From an uncultured Planctomycetota bacterium (GTDB lineage: Bacteria > Planctomycetota > Planctomycetia > Pirellulales > Thermoguttaceae), in contig CADBQY010000077.1 in NCBI GenBank assembly GCA_902796885.1, positions 126-64,125 of the forward strand: a DNA stretch of 64,000 nucleotides, read 5' to 3'. This document shows, piece by piece, positions 53,875 to 64,000 of this stretch (the first letter of the stretch is position 1; the number at the start of each line of letters is the position of its first letter). A model generated the notes under the pieces. That model ran no database searches, was not told the DNA's origin, and saw only the letters and a program-made list of their open reading frames with translations. Position numbers and translations under genes: made by a program.

Positions 53875-56007
53875 ATGAAACAACGAGTTGAAAAAGTCAT
53901 CGGCGGAAAGAACTTCTGGATTGAAACTGGTGAATTGGCAAAACAGGCCCACGGCAGCTGTCTTATCGGATGCGATGACACCGTTCTTCTTTGTACCGTA
54001 ACCACGGCGCCCAGCAAACCGGGCGCTGATTTCTTTCCCCTGACTTGTGATTACCGTGAACGAATGTCCGCCTCCGGCAAGTTTCCGGGCGGTTTTCTCA
54101 AACGAGAAGGGCGTCCCGGTCTGAAAGAGGTCCTGACCTCCCGCCTGATCGACCGGCCGATGCGCCCCCTCTTTCCGGAAGGGTTCTTTAACGAGGTTCA
54201 GGTTCTGGCTCAGGTCTTCGCCTGCGATCAAACGATCGATCCTGACATTATCGCGATGAACGGTTGCGCCACGGCGGTTCAGCTGAGCCCCGTCCCGTTC
54301 AACGGTCCGCTCGCCTCGGTTCGTCTCGGCCTGATCGATGGCGAATTCATCCCCTTCCCGAACTTTGAACAGCTCGAATCGAGCGAACTCGACATGGTTG
54401 TTTCGGGAAACCTCGACTCGGTTCTCATGATCGAAGGGTTCTCGCGCGAACTTCCCGAACCCAAAGTCTACGCCGCCATTTTAAAGGCGCACGAATACGT
54501 CAAAGAACTTTGTAAGCTTCAGCTGGAACTGGTCAGTCTGGTCGCTCCCGAAAAGGTCGAGTTTACGCCTCCCCCGACGGAAACGCTCTATAAGGCGATT
54601 CACAAGAAGTTCTACAAAGATTACACCAAAGCCAAAAAAACCGAAGGAAAAATCGCTCGGGCCGACGCTTGTGCTCAGGTCAAAGAGGCCGCCAAGGAAG
54701 CGCTCGTCGCCACCCCCGAACAGATCGAGCAAGACGCCCTGGCCGGAAAAGAAAATCTCTACACCCCCGAACTGTTTGAAGTCGCCTTCCACGACTTCGA
54801 ACGTCGTGTTGTCCGCGACATCATCTTGGGAGGGGAACGTCTCGACGGCCGCGGCCGGAAAGAAGTCCGTCCGATCGAATGTCGGATCAACGTCCTTCCT
54901 CGCGTTCACGGTTCGGCGGTTTTCCAGCGGGGCGAAACGCAGGCTCTGATCACCGTCACGCTCGGCACGGCAAAAGATGAACAGCGGGTAGACGGTCTTT
55001 TCGACGAATACTCGAAACGTTTTATGCTCGATTACAACTTCCCGCCCTACTCGGTGGGTGAATGCAAGCCGATCCGCGGGACGGGCCGTCGGGAATACGG
55101 TCACGGTGCGCTGGCCGAGCGGAGCGTCAAACCGGTTCTTCCCGAAGCCGAAGAGTTCCCCTATACGATCCGCGTCATCAGCGACATTCTCGAATCGAAC
55201 GGATCCAGTTCGATGGCGTCCGTCTGCGGCGCCACGCTCGGCCTGATGTCGGCAGGCGTTCCGATCGCCAACCCCGTAGCCGGTATCTCGATCGGCCTGG
55301 TCAAAGAATCCGACGAAGACTGGATCACGATCACCGACATTATGGGCGATGAAGACCATTTCGGCGATATGGATTTCAAAGTCGCCGGAACGCAAAACGG
55401 GATCACCGGTATCCAGCTCGACCTCAAAATCGGCGGAATCACCAAAGAGATCATTCAGCAGACCTTAAAGCAGGCGCGTGAAGCGCGGATCGGAATCCTC
55501 CGCAAGATGCTCTCGGTCATCCCCTGCCCGGCCGATGACATCTCTCCTTACGCTCCGCGCCTCTACCGAACGGTCATCGACCAAGATAAGATCGGTCTTC
55601 TGATCGGCCCCGGCGGCAAGACGATCCGCGCCATTCAGGACGCGACCGGCGCGTCGATCGAAATTGAAAACGACGGCACCGTCTCAATCGCTTCGAACGA
55701 CGAAGCGAGCGCGCAGGCCGCCCTTGACGAAGTCAACCGTCTGACGGCCAATGTCGAAGTCGGCAAGATCTACCACGGCCGCGTCGCCAGCATTCAAAAT
55801 TTCGGCGCCTTCATCGAAATCCTTCCCGGTCGAGATGGGCTCTGTCATATCAGCGAGCTTTCCGACGAATATGTCGGCGACATTCACTCGGTCTGCAAGG
55901 TCGGGGACGAGATGGACGTCAAGGTCATCTCGATCGACGACCAGAACCGTGTCAAGTTGAGCCGCAAAGCGGTAATTCTTGAAGAAAAAGAAGGAAAACA
56001 ACGGTAA
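53875..56007 (+). CDS. pnp: polyribonucleotide nucleotidyltransferase (PNPase)
   Basis: Two RNase PH domains are present (e.g. MGDEDHFGDMDFKVAGT), followed by KH (LLIGPGGKTIRAIQ) and S1 (GKIYHGRVASIQNFGAFIEI) domains. Confidence 0.95.
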   Translation: MKQRVEKVIGGKNFWIETGELAKQAHGSCLIGCDDTVLLCTVTTAPSKPGADFFPLTCDYRERMSASGKFPGGFLKREGRPGLKEVLTSRLIDRPMRPLFPEGFFNEVQVLAQVFACDQTIDPDIIAMNGCATAVQLSPVPFNGPLASVRLGLIDGEFIPFPNFEQLESSELDMVVSGNLDSVLMIEGFSRELPEPKVYAAILKAHEYVKELCKLQLELVSLVAPEKVEFTPPPTETLYKAIHKKFYKDYTKAKKTEGKIARADACAQVKEAAKEALVATPEQIEQDALAGKENLYTPELFEVAFHDFERRVVRDIILGGERLDGRGRKEVRPIECRINVLPRVHGSAVFQRGETQALITVTLGTAKDEQRVDGLFDEYSKRFMLDYNFPPYSVGECKPIRGTGRREYGHGALAERSVKPVLPEAEEFPYTIRVISDILESNGSSSMASVCGATLGLMSAGVPIANPVAGISIGLVKESDEDWITITDIMGDEDHFGDMDFKVAGTQNGITGIQLDLKIGGITKEIIQQTLKQAREARIGILRKMLSVIPCPADDISPYAPRLYRTVIDQDKIGLLIGPGGKTIRAIQDATGASIEIENDGTVSIASNDEASAQAALDEVNRLTANVEVGKIYHGRVASIQNFGAFIEILPGRDGLCHISELSDEYVGDIHSVCKVGDEMDVKVISIDDQNRVKLSRKAVILEEKEGKQR

Positions 56008-56008
56008 G

Positions 56009-56788
56009 ATGTCCAAAGACAGGTCGGTAAACCGATCCGAAACCGAAGAGTCGCTCCGGCGGCAGCTCGACGAGATCACCCGCCTGGCCGAAGGCCTGGT
56101 ACATCGGGTGAAAAACTCGTTGTCGACGATTCAGATGAGGATGGGTTTACTGACCGAGGAAATCGAAAAGGATTCCGAGCCGATTTTCCAGAACCGGATT
56201 CTCAAAAAGATCCACACCGTTCAGCGTGACTCGAAACATCTCCAGCAGCTCCTCGACGACTTTCTCTGTCTAACGGAAACCCAGCATCTGGAACTGACCA
56301 ACGCCGATATCAACGAAGAGATTGAACGCACCCTGCGGCTCTTTAAACCGGAAGCCGACGAGAAGCACGTGGAAATCCACAAGTTGATCACATCCAATCT
56401 GCCGACTGTCCGCCTAAATCGGGACGCGTTTCACCAGGCGGTGATTAACATCCTCCGAAACGCAATCCAGGCGATGAAAGAAGACGGCGGCAGGCTGGTC
56501 GTCCGTACGCGCGATCTGAGCAAATGGGTCGCCCTCGATGTCATCGACTACGGTTCGGGGATGGACAGCAAAACGCTTTCACGAATTTTTGAGCCATTCT
56601 ACTCGACAAAAAAGGACGGTTCCGGTCTCGGACTTCCGATCGTCCGGCAAATCATTTTCGGACACGGCGGACATATCGCCATCAGCAGTGAAGTCGGTTC
56701 CCGAACTCAGTTTACCGTCACGCTCCCCATCGCAACGCAGATTCCCGACTTCCCGCCCCCCTCGGTCGTCATCCTTCCGAAAGACTAA
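56009..56788 (+). CDS. cytoplasmic histidine kinase (HisKA + HATPase_c) without a sensor domain
   Basis: The H-box reads LVHRVKNSLSTIQ, the N-box LRNAIQAM, and the G-boxes DYGSGM and GSGLGLPIV. There are no TM segments. The ATG lies 1 nt after the pnp stop. Confidence 0.8.
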   Translation: MSKDRSVNRSETEESLRRQLDEITRLAEGLVHRVKNSLSTIQMRMGLLTEEIEKDSEPIFQNRILKKIHTVQRDSKHLQQLLDDFLCLTETQHLELTNADINEEIERTLRLFKPEADEKHVEIHKLITSNLPTVRLNRDAFHQAVINILRNAIQAMKEDGGRLVVRTRDLSKWVALDVIDYGSGMDSKTLSRIFEPFYSTKKDGSGLGLPIVRQIIFGHGGHIAISSEVGSRTQFTVTLPIATQIPDFPPPSVVILPKD

Positions 56789-57729
56789 GCGGCATTTCGG
56801 CGGCGCGTGTCGGCGTGACTCCGCGGATGCGCACGATCATACGCCTCGCGCATCGCTTCAAGACTGACGTGGGTGTAGATCTGGGTTGTCACAAGATTCT
56901 TATGCCCCAGGAGTTCCTGGATCGAACGGATATCCGCGCCGGCGTTCAGCAGGTGGGTGGCAAAAGAGTGCCGGAGGGTGTGGGGCGAGACCTTTCGGTT
57001 CAGGCCTGTCTCTTTGATGTACTTTTCGACCATTCGTTCGACGCTTCTGGCCGTAATCCGCACCCCGGTCGATCCCAGAAAGACCGGATTCCCTTTCACC
57101 TTATCGGGACGCCGTTTTAGAATCTCCGGCCGTTGGTTCAGCCACGCCATCAACGACTCGACGGCATAATGTCCCAGAAAAGCGTACCGTTCTTTCATCC
57201 CTTTTCCCCGAACGCGAATCATCCCTTCGTCGAGGATCAGGTCGTCCAGATTGAGGTCAACCAGCTCCCCGACACGGATACCGGTAGAATAAACCACTTC
57301 CAAAATCGCTCGGTTTCGAAGCCCCTGCCAACGCGTAGTATCGGGAGCGGCCAGGAGCCGGTTGATTTCGTCGGTCGATAAAAAGAGAGGAAGGCGGCGA
57401 CCGATTTTCGGGTTCCTCACCGAGGCCGCCGGATTCTCGCTACACCAGCCCTGACGTTGGGCGAATCGAAAAAAACTCCGTAAAGACGCCATTCGCCTCG
57501 CGGCGGTCGACTTGGCGTAATCGACCTCGTTCATCGCCGCCAGATAACCGCGAATCTCAGGCGAATTAATATTCTCCAAAAGGGGAAGTCGGCCGTCGTG
57601 AAGTTCATAGGTATACTCAAGCCACCCTTCCATGTCTTCGGCATAACTTTTCAACGTCATCGGCGTAGCGTTCTTTTCAACCCTAAGGTATTGAATGAAC
57701 TCCGCGATTTGTGATTTCAATCCGCTCAT
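56785..57729 (-). CDS. xerC: tyrosine recombinase, XerC/XerD family
   Basis: The sequence shows FIQYLRVEKNATPMTLKSYAEDM..., ARRMASLRSF, HTLRHSFATHLL and LGHKNLVTTQIYTHV. Confidence 0.8.
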   Translation of the reverse strand: MSGLKSQIAEFIQYLRVEKNATPMTLKSYAEDMEGWLEYTYELHDGRLPLLENINSPEIRGYLAAMNEVDYAKSTAARRMASLRSFFRFAQRQGWCSENPAASVRNPKIGRRLPLFLSTDEINRLLAAPDTTRWQGLRNRAILEVVYSTGIRVGELVDLNLDDLILDEGMIRVRGKGMKERYAFLGHYAVESLMAWLNQRPEILKRRPDKVKGNPVFLGSTGVRITARSVERMVEKYIKETGLNRKVSPHTLRHSFATHLLNAGADIRSIQELLGHKNLVTTQIYTHVSLEAMREAYDRAHPRSHADTRRRNAA

Positions 57730-57811
57730 TTACCGCGATTTCCGGTTCCTTTCAATGTCGATCGAGGAAAACAAACCTCATAAGATTATAGCCGACAAAT
57801 CGAATAGAAAT

Positions 57812-57838
57812 AAAAAAAAGCACCGGAACCCCGGTGCT
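57812..57838 (-). terminator. rho-independent terminator after the 87-aa gene
   Basis: The minus strand reads AGCACCGG-GGTT-CCGGTGCT followed by TTTTTTTT. Confidence 0.75.
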
Positions 57839-57867
57839 CTCAGCGAAACTCAGAAAATGAAAAATAC

Positions 57868-58131
57868 TCAAAAATGATTTTGGCGGTTCAATTTATTGAA
57901 ATGATCCGAAACCGGAGTCTGATCGTAGCGGGCCGACAGGGATTCTCGGTGAGATTCACGGCGCATCTTTTGGCTCAAAACTGCGGCGTCATACCAAGAG
58001 AAATTCAACTCGGGATTCGAAGCGTAACGTCCTAAAGTCCGCATCGTCTCTGAACGGGTTTCTTCACTGTAGACAAAAACATAACGCTCATCACCTTTAA
58101 CCAGAGCCAAAACATTGATTTCGCGGTTCAC
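57868..58131 (-). CDS. hypothetical small protein
   Basis: This is an 87-aa ORF with its own terminator. No family was recognised. Confidence 0.5.
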   Translation of the reverse strand: MNREINVLALVKGDERYVFVYSEETRSETMRTLGRYASNPELNFSWYDAAVLSQKMRRESHRESLSARYDQTPVSDHFNKLNRQNHF

Positions 58132-58498
58132 TGAAAATTCCCTACCTATTGTCTGTCGATTTTTCCGAGCGCCTCGACGCCCACATTTTCTTCTATCGGC
58201 CTAACTCCGATAACAATTTGACGAAAAGACCGGTTCTCGAAAAAAGGAATTGAACGTCCGTTCCGCTGATCATTCATCAACGCGCTTTTCTTCCGACCTT
58301 TTGCCGTTGAAGCTTTCGCCTCTGTTATTATTATCGGTAAAATCCAACTCTCTTCTCCAGTTTAAACCGCGTTATTTTCCAGAATTCGGTGAATCTTCGA
58401 AGACCGGGACGCAACAATAAGCGAAATACGCTGACTTTAACGGCAAACAAGGTTTAAAATAAGAATAATAGATAATTTAAATAAAGAGATATTACGCC

Positions 58499-59140
58499 TT
58501 ACTCTTTTGCTTCCGGCGGAGAGTTGTCCACGCGCGATGATCCGCAAAACTCGGTCATCGTCGCCTCCCCTTCCGACGATATTCCTTCTCGAGCAAAGAC
58601 TGTGACGAATGTCATCAGGACGATTTTCAGATCGACGAAAAAGGAGTAGTTTTCGACATACCATACGTCGTAGATAAACTTCTCTTCCCATGAAATCGCG
58701 TTTCGTCCGTTCACTTGAGCCCACCCGGTGATCCCGGGTCGTACCAGATGCCGGCGCGTCTGTTCGGCGGAATAGAGGGGTAGATATTTGACCAGAAGGG
58801 GACGGGGTCCGACCAGACTCATATCCCCTTTCAGGACGTTGAGAAGTTCGGGAAGTTCATCAAGACTCGTCCGGCGAAGAAAATTCCCGAACCGCGTCAT
58901 CCGCTCCGCGTCGGGAAGAAGAATTCCGTCCGCTCCGCGCGCGTCGGTCATCGTTCGGAACTTGTACATTCGAAAGATTTTCTCATTCAACCCCGGGCGT
59001 TCCTGTCGGAAAAAAATTGGACGTCCTAAGAAAAGACGAACCCCCAATGCCAGAAAAACGAGGGGAATCGCCAATAGAAACAAGAGAATCGAAGACGCGA
59101 GAATATCGATCAACCGCTTTCCGAAAACGTGATAGATCAT
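58499..59140 (-). CDS. undecaprenyl-phosphate sugar phosphotransferase (PglC/WbaP C-terminal type)
   Basis: The sequence shows [58 protein letters not shown] and [10 protein letters not shown]. Confidence 0.9.
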   Translation of the reverse strand: MIYHVFGKRLIDILASSILLFLLAIPLVFLALGVRLFLGRPIFFRQERPGLNEKIFRMYKFRTMTDARGADGILLPDAERMTRFGNFLRRTSLDELPELLNVLKGDMSLVGPRPLLVKYLPLYSAEQTRRHLVRPGITGWAQVNGRNAISWEEKFIYDVWYVENYSFFVDLKIVLMTFVTVFAREGISSEGEATMTEFCGSSRVDNSPPEAKE

Positions 59141-60360
59141 GGCCGATTTCCTCCGTCCGGCGTCAGAAGCCGTGAAAATAGGGCGATGATCCGCCGATAC
59201 CCGATCTCAAACGCCATTTCGTTCTCGTAGAACCGTTGACCGGCCCGCCCCATTTCGGCAAGTTTCTCCTTTGGCATTTCCGTTATCCGCTGAACCGTGT
59301 CGGCGAGCGATTGGGGATTCTCCGGCTCGAAAGTCAATCCGGCCGACGCCTTTTCGATCAGGCGCGCGGTCTCCCCTTCAATCCCGCAGAGGATCGGTCT
59401 GCCGGAACGCAGATAGGTCTGCGTCTTCCCGGGAATGGTAATTTTAAAGAGATCCATCTTTTTCAGATGCAGAAGAAGAACGTCGGCTCCCGCCAGTTCC
59501 GCTCCGATTCGGTCAGACGGCATCCAGGGGACGAACGAAAGATTCGACAGTCTCTTTTCGGTGGCGAGCATTTTGAGCCGTTCCAATTCAATCCCGCCGC
59601 CGATCAGGCGGAAAACGGCGGGAACATTCCGTTGTGCCAAGATTTCCGCCGCGGCGATCAGGGTATCGATTCCCTGATAGACCCCCATATTTCCCGCATA
59701 GACGGCGGTAAAGCGGGGATTCGGCGCCGTCGCAACCGGCGGAACCGGCTCCGACTCGTTGGTCCAGTTATAGACAACCTCAATTCGGTCTGGGTCGACC
59801 CCGCGTCCGACAAGCGCCTCTTTAAAACCGGGAGAAAGTCCGGTCAAGGCGTCGGCGCTTCGATAGAACCGTCGGCACCATCGGTCGAGGCATCGACCGA
59901 GAATACGGCTGTTCATCATTCCCGAACCGACTACCGATTCGGGCCAGAGATCCTGCACCATAAGAACGAATTTCGCTCCGCGGAAAAGCCGAAAGAGGCG
60001 CGCGGCCCATCCCAGGGTCGGCAGGTTATAGACGAAGACAATATCGGGACGTTTGAGTCCGAACTGTCCGAGGGTCGCCGCCGAAAGGCCGAACGATGTA
60101 TAGCAGCAGATTCGTCCCGCCCCGCTCCGGCTCTGGCTGATAAAAAGAGGGAGTCGAACCACCTTCACGCCGTCGAGCATCTCGGTCTGTCGAATTCGAA
60201 GACGGTAACCCGGCACAATTTTCCCATCGACCAGCGAATAGGGAACGGCCGAGAGGACCTCAACGCCGAAACCGTCGGCCGACAGACGGCGCGCCAGATC
60301 GCGCAGCTGCATCCACGTATCGGGAAAATACCATTGGGAAAGGATTAAGATGTTCGGCAT
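59137..60360 (-). CDS. glycosyltransferase family 4 (GT-B)
   Basis: This is a 407-aa ORF. The C-terminal GT1/GT4 pattern includes the region GIEGETARLIEKASAGL. It overlaps both neighbouring genes. Confidence 0.75.
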   Translation of the reverse strand: MPNILILSQWYFPDTWMQLRDLARRLSADGFGVEVLSAVPYSLVDGKIVPGYRLRIRQTEMLDGVKVVRLPLFISQSRSGAGRICCYTSFGLSAATLGQFGLKRPDIVFVYNLPTLGWAARLFRLFRGAKFVLMVQDLWPESVVGSGMMNSRILGRCLDRWCRRFYRSADALTGLSPGFKEALVGRGVDPDRIEVVYNWTNESEPVPPVATAPNPRFTAVYAGNMGVYQGIDTLIAAAEILAQRNVPAVFRLIGGGIELERLKMLATEKRLSNLSFVPWMPSDRIGAELAGADVLLLHLKKMDLFKITIPGKTQTYLRSGRPILCGIEGETARLIEKASAGLTFEPENPQSLADTVQRITEMPKEKLAEMGRAGQRFYENEMAFEIGYRRIIALFSRLLTPDGGNRP

Positions 60361-61484
60361 CCCCGAATGACCTTTACAACGCGTTCCAAGTCCTCGTCGC
60401 TCATATCCGAACAGCTCGGGAGACAGAGACCATCCCGAAATATTCCGTCCGCAACGCCGGAAATCGCTCGGTCACACCCTGCAAAGAAAGGCTGGAGATG
60501 CATCGGTTTCCAGATCGGCCGCGCCTCGATGTTGTCGGCGGCCAATGCCAGACGGATCGCTTCGCGATCGGCGCCGAACTTTTCCGGATCGACCAGGATA
60601 CAGGTAAGCCACTTGGTCGAAAACCACTCGTTCCGATCGGGCTCTTCCATCAGCGAAACACCGGGCATGTCGTCAAGCGCCTTTTTATAAAACCCAAAGA
60701 TCTCGCGGCGCCGCGCAATTCGTTCGTCGATCCATTCAAGTTGACCGCGACCGACCGCCGCCGAGAGATTGCTCATCCGGTAGTTGTACCCCAGTTCGCT
60801 GTGCTGGTAGTAGGGAGCCGGATCCCGCGACTGAGTCGCCCAGAAACGAACCTTCCGCGCGGCGCTCTCATCGTCGGTCAGAAGCATCCCTCCGCCGCTT
60901 GTCGTGACGATTTTATTACCGTTAAACGAGAGAATCGAAACGCGGCCGAACTGTCCGGCACGGCGTCCCTTGTACGACGCCCCTTGAGCCTCCGCCGAAT
61001 CCTCCAGAATCGGAACGTCGTACCTGGCGCAAATGTCGGCAATCTCATCCCACCTGCAACACTGTCCGTAGAGGTCGACCGGAACTATCGCTTTCGGCAA
61101 AGATCCTTTCGCCGCGCGTTCTTTGAGAGCCGACTCGAGAAGATTCGGATCCATATTCCACGTTTCCGATTCCGAATCGATCAGCACCGGCCGCGCCCCC
61201 AGATAGCAGATCGGGTTGACCGATCCGGAAAAAGTCAGGGTCGAGACGAAAACCTCGTCCCCTTCCCCGACCCCCAGGAGTTTCAGTCCCAGGTGAATCG
61301 CGGCGGTCCCACTCGAAAGAGCGCAGCCGTATCCTCGTCCGATATAAGCGGCTGTTTCCGCCTCGAACGCGTCGACGTGAGGCCCCAGGGGGGCGACCCA
61401 GTTCGAATCGAACGCGTCCAGCAGAAGTTCACGTTCGCGAAGACTGACGTGAGGGCGGGAAAGATAGATGCGAGAAGTGGTCAT
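60345..61484 (-). CDS. DegT/DnrJ/EryC1/StrS-family sugar aminotransferase (PglE-like)
   Basis: The sequence shows ALSSGTAAIHLGL and SILSFNGNKIVTTSGGGML, the latter containing the PLP lysine context. Confidence 0.85.
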   Translation of the reverse strand: MTTSRIYLSRPHVSLRERELLLDAFDSNWVAPLGPHVDAFEAETAAYIGRGYGCALSSGTAAIHLGLKLLGVGEGDEVFVSTLTFSGSVNPICYLGARPVLIDSESETWNMDPNLLESALKERAAKGSLPKAIVPVDLYGQCCRWDEIADICARYDVPILEDSAEAQGASYKGRRAGQFGRVSILSFNGNKIVTTSGGGMLLTDDESAARKVRFWATQSRDPAPYYQHSELGYNYRMSNLSAAVGRGQLEWIDERIARRREIFGFYKKALDDMPGVSLMEEPDRNEWFSTKWLTCILVDPEKFGADREAIRLALAADNIEARPIWKPMHLQPFFAGCDRAISGVADGIFRDGLCLPSCSDMSDEDLERVVKVIRGCRTS

Positions 61485-63409
61485 GACGGGTTCCCCGGTG
61501 TCGTTGGGTGGTATTCCGGAACCAGCTCTTTAAACATTCGTCGCAGCGCCGTCTCGTCGGCGGTCTTCGCCAGATTCAGCAGATCGTTGATCTGCCGCTG
61601 AACCAGGTCGCGACGAAATTCACGGTGTCGCGCGGCATAAATTTTTTGATGTGGAGTATTGATTTTCTGTTCCGACTCGAAGTAAAGCTCTTCGAAGAGC
61701 TTCTCTCCCCGGCGCAACCCGATCTGCCGAATTTCGATGGCATTGTCGGGCAAACCGGCCAGACGGATCATATCGCGAGCCAAATCCAAAATACGAACCG
61801 GATTCCCCATATCGAGGACAAAAATCTCACCGCCGTTCCCCATCATCGAAGCTTCCAATACCAATTGTGAAGCTTCCGGAATCGTCATAAAGTAACGGGT
61901 CATCCGAAAATCGGTGACGGTAATCGGCCCCCCTTTTTCGATTTGTTCTTTGAAAATCGGCACCACACTTCCGGTCGAACCAAGAACATTTCCGAACCGA
62001 GTGACGATGAACTTCGTCTGCGAAGTTTCGGCGGCGGCGTTGACATAACGTTCGGCCAGATGCTTGGTCAGCCCCATCACGCTGGTCGGGTTAACCGCTT
62101 TATCCGTTGATATCAGAACGAACCTCTCCGCGCCGAATCGGTCGGCGGCGTCGACCACGTTTTTGGTCCCCCCCACGTTGTTCCGAACGGCCTCCGAGAC
62201 GTTCGCCTCCATCAACGGAACATGTTTGTGCGCGGCGGCATGGTAAATGTAGTTTGGCCGCGCCATCTCAAAAATACGGTTAATCCGGAGCGTATCGGTC
62301 ACGTCGGCAATCAGCGGAACGATCTTTGTTCGCTTTCCGAGTTCCCGCAATTCCCGATCGAGGAAGAAAATTCGGTTTTCTCCGCGGCCGAGAACCAACA
62401 GTTCCTCCGGCTCGAACTCGATGATCTGGCGGCATATTTCCGACCCGATACTCCCCCCGGCGCCGGTAACTAAGACCTTTTTTCCGCGGAACCGCTGTCG
62501 GAGCTCGTCGATATTCAGATAAACCGGATCGCGTTTGAGAAGGTCGTTGATTTCAATTCTACGAATCGGAATTGTCTGACTCAGGGAAATTTGAGCCGCC
62601 GGAATGACATGCAGTTCGATCCCCGCCTTATGGCACTCTTCGAACAAAGCGCGAAACTGAGGGCCGGGAAGATAGCCCGCCACGACCAGGAGATCACGAA
62701 CGCCGGCCGATTCACATTGACTCACCAGGGTATCGATCGTACAGACGACGGGAATAAAATCAAGTTCCGACTCGACCCGGTAGTCGCTCCCCTCCGAAAC
62801 CACATAGCCGACGACCCGATATCCGACCGACTGGCGCGAATTGATCATATTGACAATCCGCGCCGTTTCGGCCGACGCACCGATCATATAGGCCGATTTC
62901 GTATCGGGGGCGGCTCTCATCGCCAGGAACTCTTCCCGGAAAAGACGGGCGATAAACTGCACTCCCCCCAAAAAAAGGATCGTCAGAGTAAAATCGATCA
63001 GAATGATCCCGGTCGACGAACTGACAATCGGAAACGCCAAACCGTAGCGGGAATTCAAAATCTGAGCGAGTTGTTTCAGAAGGAGAAAAGTGACTCCCGC
63101 ACAGATGGTACTTTCCATCAATTTCCGCAAGCTTTTGAGCGATGCGAAAAACATATCGTTTCGAAAATGGTGGTGAACATAAAAATAGGCAATTTTGATA
63201 AGAATTACCACCCCGACCGTCTGGAGAAACTCCCCGCGAAACTTTTCGCCCGGATCGAAATCGAATCGGATCTGGTAAGCGACCCAATAGGCGATGAAAA
63301 AAACCGTCGTATAGGCAAACAGACAGAACCCGCGCAAAATCAGTTGCGAACGCAACCAAACGCGTTTGAACGGAAGCCAAGCGAGAAGTTTACCGGCAAA
63401 GGAAGTCAT
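61481..63409 (-). CDS. membrane-anchored UDP-sugar 4,6-dehydratase (CapD/PglF family)
   Basis: The N-terminus has TM helices. The Rossmann motif is VLVTGAGGSIGSEICRQ. Also present is YHAAAHKHVPLME. Confidence 0.85.
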   Translation of the reverse strand: MTSFAGKLLAWLPFKRVWLRSQLILRGFCLFAYTTVFFIAYWVAYQIRFDFDPGEKFRGEFLQTVGVVILIKIAYFYVHHHFRNDMFFASLKSLRKLMESTICAGVTFLLLKQLAQILNSRYGLAFPIVSSSTGIILIDFTLTILFLGGVQFIARLFREEFLAMRAAPDTKSAYMIGASAETARIVNMINSRQSVGYRVVGYVVSEGSDYRVESELDFIPVVCTIDTLVSQCESAGVRDLLVVAGYLPGPQFRALFEECHKAGIELHVIPAAQISLSQTIPIRRIEINDLLKRDPVYLNIDELRQRFRGKKVLVTGAGGSIGSEICRQIIEFEPEELLVLGRGENRIFFLDRELRELGKRTKIVPLIADVTDTLRINRIFEMARPNYIYHAAAHKHVPLMEANVSEAVRNNVGGTKNVVDAADRFGAERFVLISTDKAVNPTSVMGLTKHLAERYVNAAAETSQTKFIVTRFGNVLGSTGSVVPIFKEQIEKGGPITVTDFRMTRYFMTIPEASQLVLEASMMGNGGEIFVLDMGNPVRILDLARDMIRLAGLPDNAIEIRQIGLRRGEKLFEELYFESEQKINTPHQKIYAARHREFRRDLVQRQINDLLNLAKTADETALRRMFKELVPEYHPTTPGNPS

Positions 63410-63424
63410 TTTCCCTTTATCGGC

Positions 63425-64000
63425 TTATTTCGCTGGTCTGTTGACTATCCATTTTTCGATACCGATTTTACCGGTTTTCGAGCGAACCGTCAGCTTGTGA
63501 TGGCCGTTGACGCAGTTCTGAACGATCACCGTTCGTTCACCCGCGACGCCTGGGGTGTAGGCGGAGGTAAACATCGGGCGGGTCGACCAGGTCACCTGAA
63601 AATCTTTCGGAAGTTGTTGTTTAAAATAGGGAAATTGCCAAAGCGCGCCAATGTCGCTCGGATCGATCGCCGCGCGACCCGAGTTCGAAACAAACATTTC
63701 GCTTGAATTCCCCGAACCGTCTTCACCGGTCACGCTCCCGGCAACCTTATAGGCGATGTAAGTGCCGTCCTCTTTCGATCCGTCGACCGCGGTCAGAGTC
63801 CAGTCTTCAGCCACCGGTGCCTTTTCAAACCCGACATAGTTAATCGCGGGCATCCAGCACGGGCCGTTACTCGGGCGGGTCGAAGTCCAAAGGTCAATGT
63901 TCCCCTCCATCGGTTCTCCATCGAGGAGAAAAGAGACCTCTCCGTCGGCCGTCCCGTCCGAAACGGCCGTCACCCGATTCCCGTCGAACGAAAAGGTCAC
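63425..64000 (-). CDS. hypothetical protein, C-terminal part (CDS continues past the right window edge)
   Basis: The reading frame is open to position 64000. No family was recognised with confidence. Confidence 0.5.
   Translation of the reverse strand: MTFSFDGNRVTAVSDGTADGEVSFLLDGEPMEGNIDLWTSTRPSNGPCWMPAINYVGFEKAPVAEDWTLTAVDGSKEDGTYIAYKVAGSVTGEDGSGNSSEMFVSNSGRAAIDPSDIGALWQFPYFKQQLPKDFQVTWSTRPMFTSAYTPGVAGERTVIVQNCVNGHHKLTVRSKTGKIGIEKWIVNRPAK

Noticed and set aside
58132-58498. Intergenic region near xerC and the glycan locus, considered as an invertible promoter
   Set aside because: I found no substantial inverted repeats flanking the segment. The glycan operon is also transcribed from beyond the right window edge, not from here.
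62591-63706. 371-aa + strand ORF
   Set aside because: It is antisense to the CapD/PglF dehydratase gene and is a shadow ORF.

Overview
The window has two parts. Positions 1 to about 16084 are one arm of an integrated temperate phage, next to a tRNA-Arg(UCG) gene (16085-16158, minus strand). The rest is ordinary chromosome, apparently from a PVC-like bacterium. That guess rests on a YidC with a long basic tail and many FG-GAP, GH78 and sugar-utilisation genes, and it is not proven.

Prophage, left to right:
- A terminase large-subunit gene runs off the left edge. It is absent from the ORF track, and the + ORF 12..950 is its antisense shadow.
- A roughly 700-bp extremely AT-rich, repeat-dense non-coding island follows.
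- Next is a lower-GC leftward cassette: an XRE repressor, a GYF-domain membrane protein and a helical protein with an Rx4H motif, ending at a strong terminator.
- A compact divergent promoter switch separates it from the rightward genes.
- A 505-nt ORF-free structured segment carries two tRNA-like modules and a terminator-like hairpin.
- A translationally coupled rightward operon completes the arm: small unknown proteins, a CAP-domain lipoprotein, multi-HTH proteins, a protein with a histone-like tail, a DUF1599-like ORF lacking a start codon, CsrA, Sak4-like ATPase, DUF669, RusA, an SF2 helicase, PrimPol, Xis and Int.

Host genes include tandem RimK-like ligases, yidC, tsaB, cysC, a WYL regulator, a sugar-utilisation cluster, glgP, an RND efflux pair, pyrD, a GH78 rhamnosidase, rpsO-pnp, xerC and a bacillosamine-type glycan locus.

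The best candidates for something undescribed are the repressor-linked two-gene cassette, which sits where lambda carries rexAB, and the tRNA-like structured RNA segment. All family calls come from motif recognition by eye; no database searches were run.
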